From positions 36,275 to 100,274 of IMG/VR virus record IMGVR_UViG_3300011114_001049: a stretch of 64,000 bases of DNA; one strand, written 5' to 3'. The notes under the pieces were generated by a model. The model saw only the letters and a list, made by a program, of their open reading frames with translations. It had not been told where the DNA came from and searched no databases. Below are positions 46,802 to 57,003 of the stretch, one piece after another. Each line of letters begins with the position of its first letter. Positions within the stretch are counted from its first letter, which is position 1. The DNA is from a virus. Position numbers and translations under genes: made by a program.

Positions 46802-46848
46802 TTTTCAGACTAGTCCTGTTTTTTAATAAATAAAAAAAAGAAATTATA

Positions 46849-48777
46849 ATGCCTGGCGTAAATGATTTAGCACAAACAAATTCTGCTCAAATTGCAGCTA
46901 GCGGATTAATTAACGGCCAAGCTTATAACACTAAGGTCGATGGAGCAGTCGACGGTGTTGCAAATCAACCAATTAGAATAGTTGCAACTGAATCTCTATT
47001 CAATCCGTTTAATGTATTTAGGTATTCTAAGTTTGCAAAGGCAGTAGCTGGTCCTGGAGGAGGAACTGGCAACCCTGGTAATATTAATCTCGATCCATAT
47101 AAACTAAAATATGAGCGTAGCACAGTCAATCTTGAAAATTTTACGAGCTCGGAAAGCCTTAGACTCGCTGACGTTAGTGCTAGTCATAACCCGTCTGCTG
47201 TTAAACTTGTAGAGTGGGCAAATGATAATGCTAGAGATGCTAAAAACTCAGCTGGACCACTATATCCATATCCATATTCGATCACTGATTTTCTATGGTG
47301 TAAATATTATGGAAAGATACCAAATAATCGACTAATCACACTAAGAAGATATCCAGTACCAGTAGAAGATAATTTAATGATAGCGAAAGAAAACCTGCCG
47401 CTTGTACCGCTTGCTCAGGCAGTCACGTGGTTCGGTGTGGATACTGGAAACAAGTTGAGTGAGATATTAAAGCTAGATTGGGGATTTCCATGGGAGGACA
47501 AAGTTGCAAAGGTGCAGGAGGTTGAAGGAAACGAGGTTCAAGTGGCGGCTCTACTTGACGCAGCTGGAATACCAAAGGAAAATGAGAACCTAAGAAAAGC
47601 TCTAATTGCAACCTTGGGAAATTCTCAAAACAATGGACTGGCTGCAAGCGGAATGGATAAAAATTTGCAGGATTATGATAGGGATTCATATAAGGAGAAC
47701 GGTCCTTATTGGAATCGAGTATTAGGCCCAGTAAATATGATTAATACAACACAGATGAGAAGTGCAGGACTTAGCTTTGGAACAACGAGTAAAGCAATAA
47801 CTCTTGATTTTGAATACAATCTTAGGACCTGGTCTGGGGCAAACCCTAAAGTTGCCTTCCTTGACCTGCTTAGTAATTTTCTTTCACTCACATATAGCTC
47901 TGCTCCATTTTGGGGAGGAAGTGTACGTTATTTTCAGCAGACTGGATTCTTAGCACCAGGTTTTAATACAGATAATATTGAGAAGGGAAACAATGTACAG
48001 GGAGCAATCGATGTCATTAGTGGAACTGGTGCTCAGTTTATAGGTGCAGCAAAAGATCTTAAGGCTTGGGTAGACAGCTTGGGGGATAAATTATCTGCTT
48101 CTGCAAGCTTAGAAGATATTACAAAAGCACTTACAAGTAGCGCTGAGGATTCTAAACTAGGTCAAATGTTTGTAGGTTCACGACTAAGTTCAGTGATTCA
48201 AAAACCACTAGTGATGAGAGCTTTATTGGATGGTAGAGCAGTAGGTGAATGGCATATGATGATAGGTAACCCGATGGAACCAATTGCGGTGGTCGGTAAT
48301 CTATGTCTAGATACCTGTACCCTAGTCTTTGGTGATGAACTTGGCGAAGATGGGTTCCCAACAAGCATGAAGTTTACTGTGACACTCTCGCACGGAAGAC
48401 CACGTGCAAAACAAGATATTGAATCTATGTTTAACTTGGGAGGAGGACCTCTATCTGCATCAATGTTAGCACAACCTTCAAGTGCTTCAAATACCTTCGG
48501 TGAGAGTAACTCCCTTAGGATGAACAGTTATTATGGGTTACCTGTAAGTACACAAGAAATAAAAGCAGCGGCAACTGATCCGGCTGGCACAGCTACCTCT
48601 ACTACAACAACAACTGACTCGCAAGCATATAAAACAGATCAATTAAAAGACAGGGACACTGAGTCTACTAATTTATCCAATTATTTTAAACCTGCAGTAG
48701 AGAGAGCATATGGAAGTAACTTTGCAAACTCGAATATCTTACCTACTTACTTCTATAATAGAGTTACAAAAGATTAA
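46849..48777 (+). CDS. putative baseplate/tail structural protein
   Basis: Heads the baseplate operon; C-terminal 'GEDGFPTSMKFTVTL' tube-fold-like strand. Confidence 0.5.
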   Translation: MPGVNDLAQTNSAQIAASGLINGQAYNTKVDGAVDGVANQPIRIVATESLFNPFNVFRYSKFAKAVAGPGGGTGNPGNINLDPYKLKYERSTVNLENFTSSESLRLADVSASHNPSAVKLVEWANDNARDAKNSAGPLYPYPYSITDFLWCKYYGKIPNNRLITLRRYPVPVEDNLMIAKENLPLVPLAQAVTWFGVDTGNKLSEILKLDWGFPWEDKVAKVQEVEGNEVQVAALLDAAGIPKENENLRKALIATLGNSQNNGLAASGMDKNLQDYDRDSYKENGPYWNRVLGPVNMINTTQMRSAGLSFGTTSKAITLDFEYNLRTWSGANPKVAFLDLLSNFLSLTYSSAPFWGGSVRYFQQTGFLAPGFNTDNIEKGNNVQGAIDVISGTGAQFIGAAKDLKAWVDSLGDKLSASASLEDITKALTSSAEDSKLGQMFVGSRLSSVIQKPLVMRALLDGRAVGEWHMMIGNPMEPIAVVGNLCLDTCTLVFGDELGEDGFPTSMKFTVTLSHGRPRAKQDIESMFNLGGGPLSASMLAQPSSASNTFGESNSLRMNSYYGLPVSTQEIKAAATDPAGTATSTTTTTDSQAYKTDQLKDRDTESTNLSNYFKPAVERAYGSNFANSNILPTYFYNRVTKD

Positions 48778-48782
48778 AAGAA

Positions 48783-49370
48783 ATGTTAGTAAATAAAATA
48801 GTATCTAGAAAGAAGCAGTTTACAACTGCAGTTGGGGATGTCATTGACGACCTAATAAGCGCTACTTTTGTGTATCCAACAAGATCCTTAAACCTTAGTC
48901 CAATCATAATAAAAGAGGAAGAGGCAATGCGACCAGATACCTTAGCAAATCGTGTATATGGAGACAGTTCCCTATGGGACATTCTTTTAAAATTTAACGG
49001 TATATCTAACCCTTTTTCGTTTGAGCCTGGTGAGCTTATTTTTTCTCCACCGATGGATACATTGATGCAAAGTGCAGTTGGACCCAAGACAGTTCCTGAA
49101 AAAGGAGAGGTTGTCGACTCGAACGGTAATGAGAAGAAATTAGTTAAACCTAGAAACAATACTGATGTTAAGAGACTTGATGCTCTTAGAAAAAAGGTAA
49201 AGGAACTTGTTCCTTCAAACGTTAATAAGACTGGAGTAAAAAATATTGTAACTAGAGACGGTCTAGTTGTGCTAGGTGGAAGCATGTCACAGTCTAGTGA
49301 ATCTAATAAGAGCGGATCTTTAAGTAGAGATAGGGTGATAACTAACTTAAACAATAACACTAAATTATAA
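48783..49370 (+). CDS. baseplate wedge protein, gp53/LysM-like
   Basis: RPDTLANRVYGDSSLWDILLKFNGISNP. Confidence 0.7.
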   Translation: MLVNKIVSRKKQFTTAVGDVIDDLISATFVYPTRSLNLSPIIIKEEEAMRPDTLANRVYGDSSLWDILLKFNGISNPFSFEPGELIFSPPMDTLMQSAVGPKTVPEKGEVVDSNGNEKKLVKPRNNTDVKRLDALRKKVKELVPSNVNKTGVKNIVTRDGLVVLGGSMSQSSESNKSGSLSRDRVITNLNNNTKL

Positions 49371-49371
49371 C

Positions 49372-50844
49372 ATGGCACTGGACCAAATCATACTTACTAC
49401 ACTGGACCCAACCTTAAGCTTGGTAGAACTGACTGATCTAGACGACTCTAGAGATGTTAAGTCACTTGCCCTTACGAAAAAGCCCAATCATAGACCAAGT
49501 ACTGCGCAAACTGCAGGTAGAGACGAGCCGTTCATACAAATAAATGGCTACTCCGTTCTTAATATAGATTCGTTTATAATAGATGAAACTAACTTTTTAC
49601 CAAGTATGACTCTAATCTTCGTTGATGAGTCTGGAGAGTTTAATGGAAATTCTTTTCCTAAAACAAATATGATAGTTAGTTCCTATGTGAAAGTAGCTAA
49701 TGGAAAATTTAAGCCGTTACGCCAAGACTGGTTAATAACTTCAATTCGATCTATACCGACTAAAAAAGGAAATTCTGATTCAGCATCAGGTGGAATAGAA
49801 TACGTCATAAAAGGGGAACTGTTCATACCTAGATTCTATAACAACGTCTCTAAGAGCTATGCTAGCCTTACCTCAAAGGATGCTCTATTTAAAGTGGCAG
49901 AGGAACTAAAAATAGGTTTTGCTGAAAACTTAGTTAAGCCAGCAGACTCAATGACGTGGTTAAACTTTAACACTAGCCCTGCTAACTTTATAAAAGACGT
50001 AATTAGTCACTCTTATCAGGATGAAGACTCTTTTTTTACTTCATTTGTTAACAAAGAATACTGTTTAAACTATATAAACGTTAATGTACAGCTCATGCAA
50101 ATGGAATCAGACAGTACTTTTAATACTCACCTTGATGCTGGTGCAATCGATACAAGCTCACTTTCTAAATCAGAAGAAAGCGATTCTACTACTCTAAACT
50201 TTCTTACTACTATGCAAAACAGCAAAGGGAAACCTCATTACATAGTAGGACTTTCTCTACATTCAGACCAAGGTCAAATTTTAAAGAGCAGTGGATACAA
50301 GAAGAGGATTTATTATTACGATTATACGTTAGAGGGAGAGCCGGCTGATAAGTTCGTAGACTATTTTGTAGCTCCAACAAACACGGTTGGACTCGCTGAA
50401 GACCAGGTACTTTTACCTGAGCCTGAGGGATTATCTGATGTAGGTCTTAAAAAGTGGATGAATATTGAGTACGGTAACACTCATCAAAACTGGAATCATG
50501 CTAAAATAGCAAACGATATAAATCTAAAGGAATTAGAAAAGATACAGCTTAAAATATCTTTGGCTGGAATAAATTTTCAGGTGATCAGAGGATCGGTGAT
50601 ATCGGTGATAATAACGCAGAGAGTTGCTGACCAGATTAGAAAAGAGAATGATCCAAGAAAACCAGCAAACGAAGGTAATCGTAAGGCAGAAGATGAGGTG
50701 CCTGATGTACAGCTAAGCGGTAAATATTGGGTAAAAGGAGCAAAATACTATTTCGATGGAGAGGCTAAAGAATTTAGCACAGAGCTGATCTTAGCTCGAA
50801 GAGAATGGGTTGCTTCTAAAAAAATAAAGACACCAAATGTTTAA
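49372..50844 (+). CDS. baseplate hub/tail protein (gp27/late-control-D-like)
   Basis: Position between gp53 and gp5; C-terminal LSGKYWV...TELILAR. Confidence 0.55.
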   Translation: MALDQIILTTLDPTLSLVELTDLDDSRDVKSLALTKKPNHRPSTAQTAGRDEPFIQINGYSVLNIDSFIIDETNFLPSMTLIFVDESGEFNGNSFPKTNMIVSSYVKVANGKFKPLRQDWLITSIRSIPTKKGNSDSASGGIEYVIKGELFIPRFYNNVSKSYASLTSKDALFKVAEELKIGFAENLVKPADSMTWLNFNTSPANFIKDVISHSYQDEDSFFTSFVNKEYCLNYINVNVQLMQMESDSTFNTHLDAGAIDTSSLSKSEESDSTTLNFLTTMQNSKGKPHYIVGLSLHSDQGQILKSSGYKKRIYYYDYTLEGEPADKFVDYFVAPTNTVGLAEDQVLLPEPEGLSDVGLKKWMNIEYGNTHQNWNHAKIANDINLKELEKIQLKISLAGINFQVIRGSVISVIITQRVADQIRKENDPRKPANEGNRKAEDEVPDVQLSGKYWVKGAKYYFDGEAKEFSTELILARREWVASKKIKTPNV

Positions 50845-51976
50845 CTTTTTTAATGTAGCTAGAAGCGTAAATGGATTTAGAAGAGGGTATGTAACTGATC
50901 CCTTTGACGAACCTACTTACCTAAGTTTTGGTATAGATTTTAGCTTTGACGGACTTGATAATTTAACTGTAAACTCTCTATGGGCCAGCCCACTATTCGC
51001 ACAAGGAAGCACGGCTAATCCAAATTCTGCAAGTAGTTACTTGGGGTCAATTGGTAGAAACGACATGGAAGATGCACTAGCTACATTCAAGGGATCGCTA
51101 GATTACATTTCTACGAAAACACCTTGGTACTTTCAAAGCATTGGAGGTTTGGATAAGATGTATAAGGCTGCAACTGACATGACTAGTGCTAAGAAATACG
51201 ATCAAATTCTAACGATTGAGACGCTAGAGGCAGTAGATTTACGGATAAGTCAGCTTGCAAACCTGTATAGAGCAGCGATATATGACAAAGAGGCAATGCT
51301 TGCCAGGGTTCCTGAAAACTTAAGATGGTTTACGATGGAAGTTTGGGTGGCAGAAACTAGAAATATGAGGTTTGAAATACCAGGACTAGCGGGTAATGCT
51401 GCAAACGCACTAGGTATAAACACAGCAGCAATAAACGGAGTTGCTAGTAAAATATCATCGTCGCTGAGCGGGCTAGGTCTAATGGATGACGCAAACAGTA
51501 CCATCAAACAGTTTGGATTCATGAAATTTAAGTGTAGACAATGTGAGTTTGATTTCAGTGGTAGCTTTGCAGGTGGACCACAACCAATGGAGATAGCTAC
51601 TAAAAGCACGCCTAACACTAGTACGTTTGATATAAAGGTAGGTTATTTTGAGGAAGAGAGTGGATATTACGATGGAACTAAACTCTATGATGATGCTACA
51701 AAGAACAGGGTGAATAATCCATGGAGACAGGCAAAAATCTTAGCTGCTGGTGCTGGTGTACTAGACTCAGTAGTAGGTCTACCGTTTGTAGGTAATGCGG
51801 CAGCTAAAGGCATAGAGGCCGTTTCAAATGGATTAAAGACAATAGGTGGTCTTACTAACAAGGTGACTGACCCTATTACAAACCTTCTCTATGCTCCAGT
51901 AAAAGACTTGGGTGATGTATATCCAGACAAACAAAAACCGTCTTCTCCGACTAATTTAGGAGACGTATACGATTAA
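50837..51976 (+). CDS. putative tail-tube-related/baseplate protein
   Basis: Operon context. Confidence 0.45.
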   Translation: MFNFFNVARSVNGFRRGYVTDPFDEPTYLSFGIDFSFDGLDNLTVNSLWASPLFAQGSTANPNSASSYLGSIGRNDMEDALATFKGSLDYISTKTPWYFQSIGGLDKMYKAATDMTSAKKYDQILTIETLEAVDLRISQLANLYRAAIYDKEAMLARVPENLRWFTMEVWVAETRNMRFEIPGLAGNAANALGINTAAINGVASKISSSLSGLGLMDDANSTIKQFGFMKFKCRQCEFDFSGSFAGGPQPMEIATKSTPNTSTFDIKVGYFEEESGYYDGTKLYDDATKNRVNNPWRQAKILAAGAGVLDSVVGLPFVGNAAAKGIEAVSNGLKTIGGLTNKVTDPITNLLYAPVKDLGDVYPDKQKPSSPTNLGDVYD

Positions 51977-52002
51977 AACTAAATTAAATCTAAAGATATA
52001 AT
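51976..52002 (+). promoter_or_regulatory. class-II promoter AAAC-N17-TATAAT
   Basis: 5 nt from the ATG at 52008. Confidence 0.55.
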
Positions 52003-52007
52003 AACAG

Positions 52008-52679
52008 ATGAGTAGAAATCACGATATAACGGCTAGAGACTTTGATGACCTCTTAGATAAACAATTCTTAGGAATAATTGTGGATATCGAAGATCCTAGA
52101 AAAGAAGGTAGGGCAAAGGTAAGAGTAGCAAGTATATATGACGAAATTCCAGTTGAAGATATACCTTGGGCATTTCCTAAAAATAGGGGAACTGTTTTTG
52201 GGAAAGCAGGTAAGGGCGGAGCTGTCTCTATACCTAAACTGAATTCAGTAGTTGCAGTTGTTTTTGATAACGGTAACCCATATTCACCTGAATATTTTGC
52301 TCTACAAGAATTAGCAGAAGACGTTAAGGGAGAACTAAACTCTGAGTATGCAGGAAGTCATATAGTTCTTTTCGATGGGGACCAGGAATTAAAGATCTGG
52401 TTTAGTGTAAGTAAAGGACTCACTCTTTCAGTAAAAGGAGCGTCAATTAATATAGACAAAGAAAATCAAATAACTATGAAGACTGATAATAAGGTAATTA
52501 TTGATTCTCCAAATATTGAATTAGGTAAATCATCATCAGCAGCAATTGCTGAATATTTGATTAAAGGTAAGACTTTTTTAAAGCTTTTTAATGCTCACAC
52601 TCACCCAGGCTCAGGAGCGCCACCTATTCCACAATTACTACCAGGTGTAGTACTTAGTAAAACAACAAAAACAAAGTAA
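52008..52679 (+). CDS. baseplate central spike, gp5/gpV OB-fold, without a lysozyme domain
   Basis: DPRKEGRAKVRV, PWA, IPKLNS.V.V.F, C-terminal HTH (His-x-His). Confidence 0.8.
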   Translation: MSRNHDITARDFDDLLDKQFLGIIVDIEDPRKEGRAKVRVASIYDEIPVEDIPWAFPKNRGTVFGKAGKGGAVSIPKLNSVVAVVFDNGNPYSPEYFALQELAEDVKGELNSEYAGSHIVLFDGDQELKIWFSVSKGLTLSVKGASINIDKENQITMKTDNKVIIDSPNIELGKSSSAAIAEYLIKGKTFLKLFNAHTHPGSGAPPIPQLLPGVVLSKTTKTK

Positions 52680-53263
52680 TGGAAGAACTAGCAGAACAAA
52701 TAAAAGGAATCAAAGAATTAGGTAACCTAGGTACAGACATACCTGGGTTAAATAAGGACAAGGTAATAGAAAACATAATTAAGAAGGATGAAAATTTAGG
52801 TGGATACCTAAAGATGATTGATGCTGATAAAGAGGAAAACATAGAGAGAGGAATGTCTAAAGAAGAGGCAGAAAAGAAGGCAAAAGAAGACGCAAAGGCT
52901 GTGCTTGATGGTGTAAAAAAGAGTCTTGAGCCAATGGTTGAAGAGGAAATAATCAAGATGAAACAGGAATATAAAATAGCAAAAGAAGCACTAGACTCTA
53001 TTCCAGCTGAAGTTACAGCAACTGTTGCAAACGCTGCATTACCAGCTGCATTACCGCCAGCTGTCCCTAATCCAGCATATACGCTAGGTGTGGCTGTGCA
53101 GACTAAGAAAAGCATTCTTAAAACTTTGAATGTCGTGCTGTCATCGTTGACTACTGTTCTAATGATAGCAACAAAATTAAAATTTAAGGTACCTGCACCT
53201 GTGATTGCACTAATCGCAGCAATAACGACTGTCACTAAATTACTTTCTGCAATCCCAGGTTAA
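52679..53263 (+). CDS. hypothetical protein with hydrophobic C-terminus
   Basis: TAATG coupling to the spike gene. Confidence 0.65.
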   Translation: MEELAEQIKGIKELGNLGTDIPGLNKDKVIENIIKKDENLGGYLKMIDADKEENIERGMSKEEAEKKAKEDAKAVLDGVKKSLEPMVEEEIIKMKQEYKIAKEALDSIPAEVTATVANAALPAALPPAVPNPAYTLGVAVQTKKSILKTLNVVLSSLTTVLMIATKLKFKVPAPVIALIAAITTVTKLLSAIPG

Positions 53264-53868
53264 TTTACGTAGAGATTTTCAATACCTTCATAACGATAGT
53301 ATTTATTGAGTAGCGAGTCGGGGTGTACTGAGACTATGCTGTTATTTTTAGTAGATAGATTTTTAAAGTTTTCTAACATTAGCTTAAACCTAGGATCGTA
53401 CCACGTTTCATCATGTTTATTTAAAGAATCATAATCTAGCTCTTTCCAAAAATGACTAGGATTTGCCCATTTTAAAGATACTCCCGCAACATAAAAAGTC
53501 GCTGTACGATAGTTGAGGTAGTGTGACTTAAATATGGAAATAGCAGTTGTTACTGAATCAGGTAGAGACTTTTTATTGGGTCGATCGTAGACTTTAATCC
53601 AGTCTGGTAAATTTTTTATTTTCTTTGACTTATTTAACCAGTCGCTACTAAAACACTGTGATTTTGAGACTAGTGCCTTGACTACCTCAGGCTTCTTTTC
53701 TAGTTCCTTGAGTATCTCAAAATCGTTAAAGAAAAAGAAATTAGGTATGTGCTTTAACCAGATTCGATTAACGCCAAGCGTGATCACACTGGGGTCAAGT
53801 CGACTGAAGTCAATTTGATTTATTTGAGGATCGTTACCTAGGACGAGTATTTTTAGCTCTTTAACCAT
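53260..53868 (-). CDS. Maf/DUF115-like putative nonulosonate (sialyl) transferase
   Basis: ILVLGN.P, LGVNRI, FFFND, GVSL...HFW; in an operon with neuA/neuB. Confidence 0.5.
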   Translation of the reverse strand: MVKELKILVLGNDPQINQIDFSRLDPSVITLGVNRIWLKHIPNFFFFNDFEILKELEKKPEVVKALVSKSQCFSSDWLNKSKKIKNLPDWIKVYDRPNKKSLPDSVTTAISIFKSHYLNYRTATFYVAGVSLKWANPSHFWKELDYDSLNKHDETWYDPRFKLMLENFKNLSTKNNSIVSVHPDSLLNKYYRYEGIENLYVN

Positions 53869-54152
53869 TCTCTAGCATTTATTGCCTTATCGTCTATAAA
53901 AACATCGTATGCAGGCTTACCGAACCTAAGCTCGTGGTATTTAACGCCATACTCCTCTAGCTGTAATTTAGTAAGTTGAGAAAGGTCTCTGCCAGTAACA
54001 GTTCCTCTAGCCGTCCACAAAACAATATGGTGACCTTCTTCGTATAGTGAGTTCACCTTTGCAATTGCTTCTGGAATTGCGATAGCTGTGCAGTAATCTG
54101 TCTTTACTATTAGTTCAAGTATAGTATCATCGATATCAATGAAGTATTTCAT
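53853..54152 (-). CDS. small HAD phosphatase
   Basis: DIDDT, WTARG, GKP, FIDDK. Confidence 0.8.
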   Translation of the reverse strand: MKYFIDIDDTILELIVKTDYCTAIAIPEAIAKVNSLYEEGHHIVLWTARGTVTGRDLSQLTKLQLEEYGVKYHELRFGKPAYDVFIDDKAINAREWLKS

Positions 54153-54441
54153 CTAGGTTTATTTTTTTTGACTCTTTATATTCTTTCCAAGAAGTTGCGT
54201 CCATTAGGTCAGGAAAAAGTTCACCATCGTTACATGACTCCTTTACGTAAAGTTTGCCAGGAACCGAACACCCACACTGTTTGCAATAACCTAGCTTAAT
54301 ACAGTCTTCTCTGCATACCCAACTACGATAGACTACTTGTTCCTTTTCATGATGAGGTAACAGGTCAATATAATCACCAAACATTTTAGCGTTTCCTTCG
54401 ATAAATTGAAGCACATTTTTGATTGTTATTTTCCTAGACAT
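54136..54441 (-). CDS. Cys-rich hypothetical protein
   Basis: C..DC...CKQCGC. Confidence 0.65.
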   Translation of the reverse strand: MSRKITIKNVLQFIEGNAKMFGDYIDLLPHHEKEQVVYRSWVCREDCIKLGYCKQCGCSVPGKLYVKESCNDGELFPDLMDATSWKEYKESKKINLDEILH

Positions 54442-54452
54442 ACTGGTTTTGC

Positions 54453-55340
54453 TTATTTTCCTCTTAGTGTTTTTCTCTTTTGCATCTCAGAAGGTAAAAC
54501 TTCTCTAGCGCCATATCCTCCACGAGATGATTCGACGTCACGTATGCTTTTTACCAATTTAATTAGACCTTGAGGCTCAACTGAGGCCATCTGATCGCTA
54601 CCCCAAAGGGTTCTGTCTAGAGTTATGTGGCGTTCTATCCAAGTTGCGCCTATTACTGAGGCTGCGACAGTTGTTGTGAGTCCAAACTCATGACCAGAAT
54701 AGCCAACTTCGAACTTTCTATCGAATTCACTAGAGATATGTTTCAAGTAAGTAATATAGTCAAGGTTTAATTCATGATTAGGCGAAGGATAGGTGGAATT
54801 AGTGTGAAAAACTACGCCAGGTTGCGCTGCGACTATTGCTGAGTCTATTTCTGATTGTTTACTCATCCCAGTAGAAATAAGTACTTCATCACAACACTCA
54901 TTAGCATAGGTAAGAAGGTCGAGATCAGTTATTAGGGCAGAAGGTATCTTTACCATGACACCACGTTTTCCGTTGGGCAGTTGTGTGTGATACTTTCGCA
55001 TGAAATCAACAGAATCCTTGTCCCAGACCGATGCAAACCAGCTGATTCCTTTCTCTCTACAATAATCATCAATCTCATCGTATTCCTTTTCCCAAAGCTC
55101 AATATCTTTTTTGTACTGTAAGTAAGTAGTCTCTTCTTTTCTCCAAGGAACTAACTTAGGTTTACTCTTCTCTGCTTCAGGTACACAGGAGTCAGGGTTT
55201 CTTTTTTGGAACTTTACATAGCTACAGCCAGCAATAACTGCAACATCTATTAGCCGCTTGACATTACCTATAAAAAGACTAGTATCTTTACCGTATGCAT
55301 AATTTAGTCCAATCTCACCGATTATCTTTACTTTTTCCAT
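54453..55340 (-). CDS. neuB: N-acetylneuraminate/nonulosonate synthase family (no C-terminal AFP domain)
   Basis: EIGLN, KFQKR, KIPSA, STGM, STYP, GYSGHE, ERHITLDR, GSDQ. Confidence 0.9.
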   Translation of the reverse strand: MEKVKIIGEIGLNYAYGKDTSLFIGNVKRLIDVAVIAGCSYVKFQKRNPDSCVPEAEKSKPKLVPWRKEETTYLQYKKDIELWEKEYDEIDDYCREKGISWFASVWDKDSVDFMRKYHTQLPNGKRGVMVKIPSALITDLDLLTYANECCDEVLISTGMSKQSEIDSAIVAAQPGVVFHTNSTYPSPNHELNLDYITYLKHISSEFDRKFEVGYSGHEFGLTTTVAASVIGATWIERHITLDRTLWGSDQMASVEPQGLIKLVKSIRDVESSRGGYGAREVLPSEMQKRKTLRGK

Positions 55341-56158
55341 TCGTCGTATGGTATTTTAAATATATTTTCGCAAGGTCTAAGTTTGATATTGGCTAGGGCA
55401 GGAAAGATGATCTTGTTGAAGTTTAGTTCAGGATTTGCGTGACTAACGTTATTTATGTTATTGATAAGAGTACTTGCGCTTGATCTCTTGAATAGTGCCC
55501 GAGTGGTCGCTTCATACTTTGTTTTAAGATCTTTTCTTACAGTTTCCATGTGATGCATGGTGATGATATTATTGTCAAACTCATGAGTAGTGGTTGGATT
55601 AGATGATATTCCTCTAGTAGGATCACACTTTACGAAAAACCGATTAGTCATCTTGGAAGACTCGTTGATTTTACAGATAAAAGGTACTCGAGAAGGATCA
55701 TATCCTCGATGTAAGGTAGGAAGTTTTACATAATTTATGAATCGAACAGCAGTCAAACTATAATCTTTTTTCTCGATCTCTGATTTGGCAATCGCGAACT
55801 GTTCTTCTACATAAAACTCATCAACATCCATGCAAAGATAATGAGTGCAGCCTTTTTTAAGAGCACTCTTTAGACCAAAATATCTCTTTTCCATTTCATA
55901 TGACTTTGCTCTAGCTATTGAATTAGCTATACTGTCTTTTAATGGAGTAAAGTTAGAAAACTTACTTAACTCGTCGACTAATCCTCTAACTTTTAGAGAG
56001 TTCAGAATAATTAGGTCCTCGTTTTTTATCTTGTGGCCAAACCATGATTCAGTCTGATAGACTACTTGTACATAGTCTACATGTTTTCTTATCTGTTTGA
56101 TTGAGTGTTCTAGGAGTTCTATTCCATCAAACACAATATAGGATACTCCAAGTTTCAT
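55328..56158 (-). CDS. GT-A fold glycosyltransferase
   Basis: MDVDEFY DxD motif. Confidence 0.65.
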   Translation of the reverse strand: MKLGVSYIVFDGIELLEHSIKQIRKHVDYVQVVYQTESWFGHKIKNEDLIILNSLKVRGLVDELSKFSNFTPLKDSIANSIARAKSYEMEKRYFGLKSALKKGCTHYLCMDVDEFYVEEQFAIAKSEIEKKDYSLTAVRFINYVKLPTLHRGYDPSRVPFICKINESSKMTNRFFVKCDPTRGISSNPTTTHEFDNNIITMHHMETVRKDLKTKYEATTRALFKRSSASTLINNINNVSHANPELNFNKIIFPALANIKLRPCENIFKIPYDEWKK

Positions 56159-56976
56159 TAGCTTATAATATTAGTTTTATCAGGCCTCATCTCGTTTCTT
56201 TCTAATACAGTTGCCTCCAAGACCTTAAATGGAGTTTCATATTTTTTCATATACTTAAGTAGTGCACTTGTGTCCTTTGGGAAACATGAACCTCCATAAC
56301 TTAGGAGTCCATCTGGGCCGGGCACTTGCGTGTGCATTGGATTTATCCAATTGTTTTCTAACATAAGGTCCCTAACTGATTCGTAGTTACATCCCATCTT
56401 TTCACAAAGTAAATAAATCTCATTAAAGAACTGAACTTTAACTGAATAGAAAGAATTAGCAAAGATCTTCATGCTTTCAGACTCAGTAGAAGTGCAGACA
56501 GATATTTTAGCATCTGGATAAAACTTAGAATAAAAATCAACTGCTTTTTTTAACTGTCCTCCTCCACATGAAGGTCCAGTCCCTAGCACAATATGAGACT
56601 GATTATTAAAATCTACAAGAGCGGTACGCTCGGTCAAAAACTCAGGATTGTGTATTATAGAAAGACCTGAAAATACCCTAGAAAGATTAACAGTAGTCTC
56701 AGGCTCAACTGTGCTCTTTAGCACAACTAAACCCGTAAAACTTTCAATTGCTAAAAAAGTTAAAGTCTCGACGATTGCTGATTTGTCGTATTCTGCCGTA
56801 CTTTCTTGATAAGGAGTCGGTAGAGATAAGAAGATTATATCTGAATCTAGACACGACTCTAGAGAACCTATTTTTTTATATTTGTCATAACCAATTAGGT
56901 CAGTCACTCCTTTCTGTTTAAAGCTTTCAAACATCGCAGAGCCTACGAAGCCAAGTCCAATTACTGCAACTTTCAT
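56158..56976 (-). CDS. UDP-glucose/GDP-mannose dehydrogenase family (short, lacks C-terminal domain)
   Basis: GLGFVG, LPTP, KSTV, NPEFL, GGSCFPKD. Confidence 0.85.
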   Translation of the reverse strand: MKVAVIGLGFVGSAMFESFKQKGVTDLIGYDKYKKIGSLESCLDSDIIFLSLPTPYQESTAEYDKSAIVETLTFLAIESFTGLVVLKSTVEPETTVNLSRVFSGLSIIHNPEFLTERTALVDFNNQSHIVLGTGPSCGGGQLKKAVDFYSKFYPDAKISVCTSTESESMKIFANSFYSVKVQFFNEIYLLCEKMGCNYESVRDLMLENNWINPMHTQVPGPDGLLSYGGSCFPKDTSALLKYMKKYETPFKVLEATVLERNEMRPDKTNIIS

Positions 56977-57003
56977 TTTATTGTTTTGTTATTTTTAAAG
57001 ATC

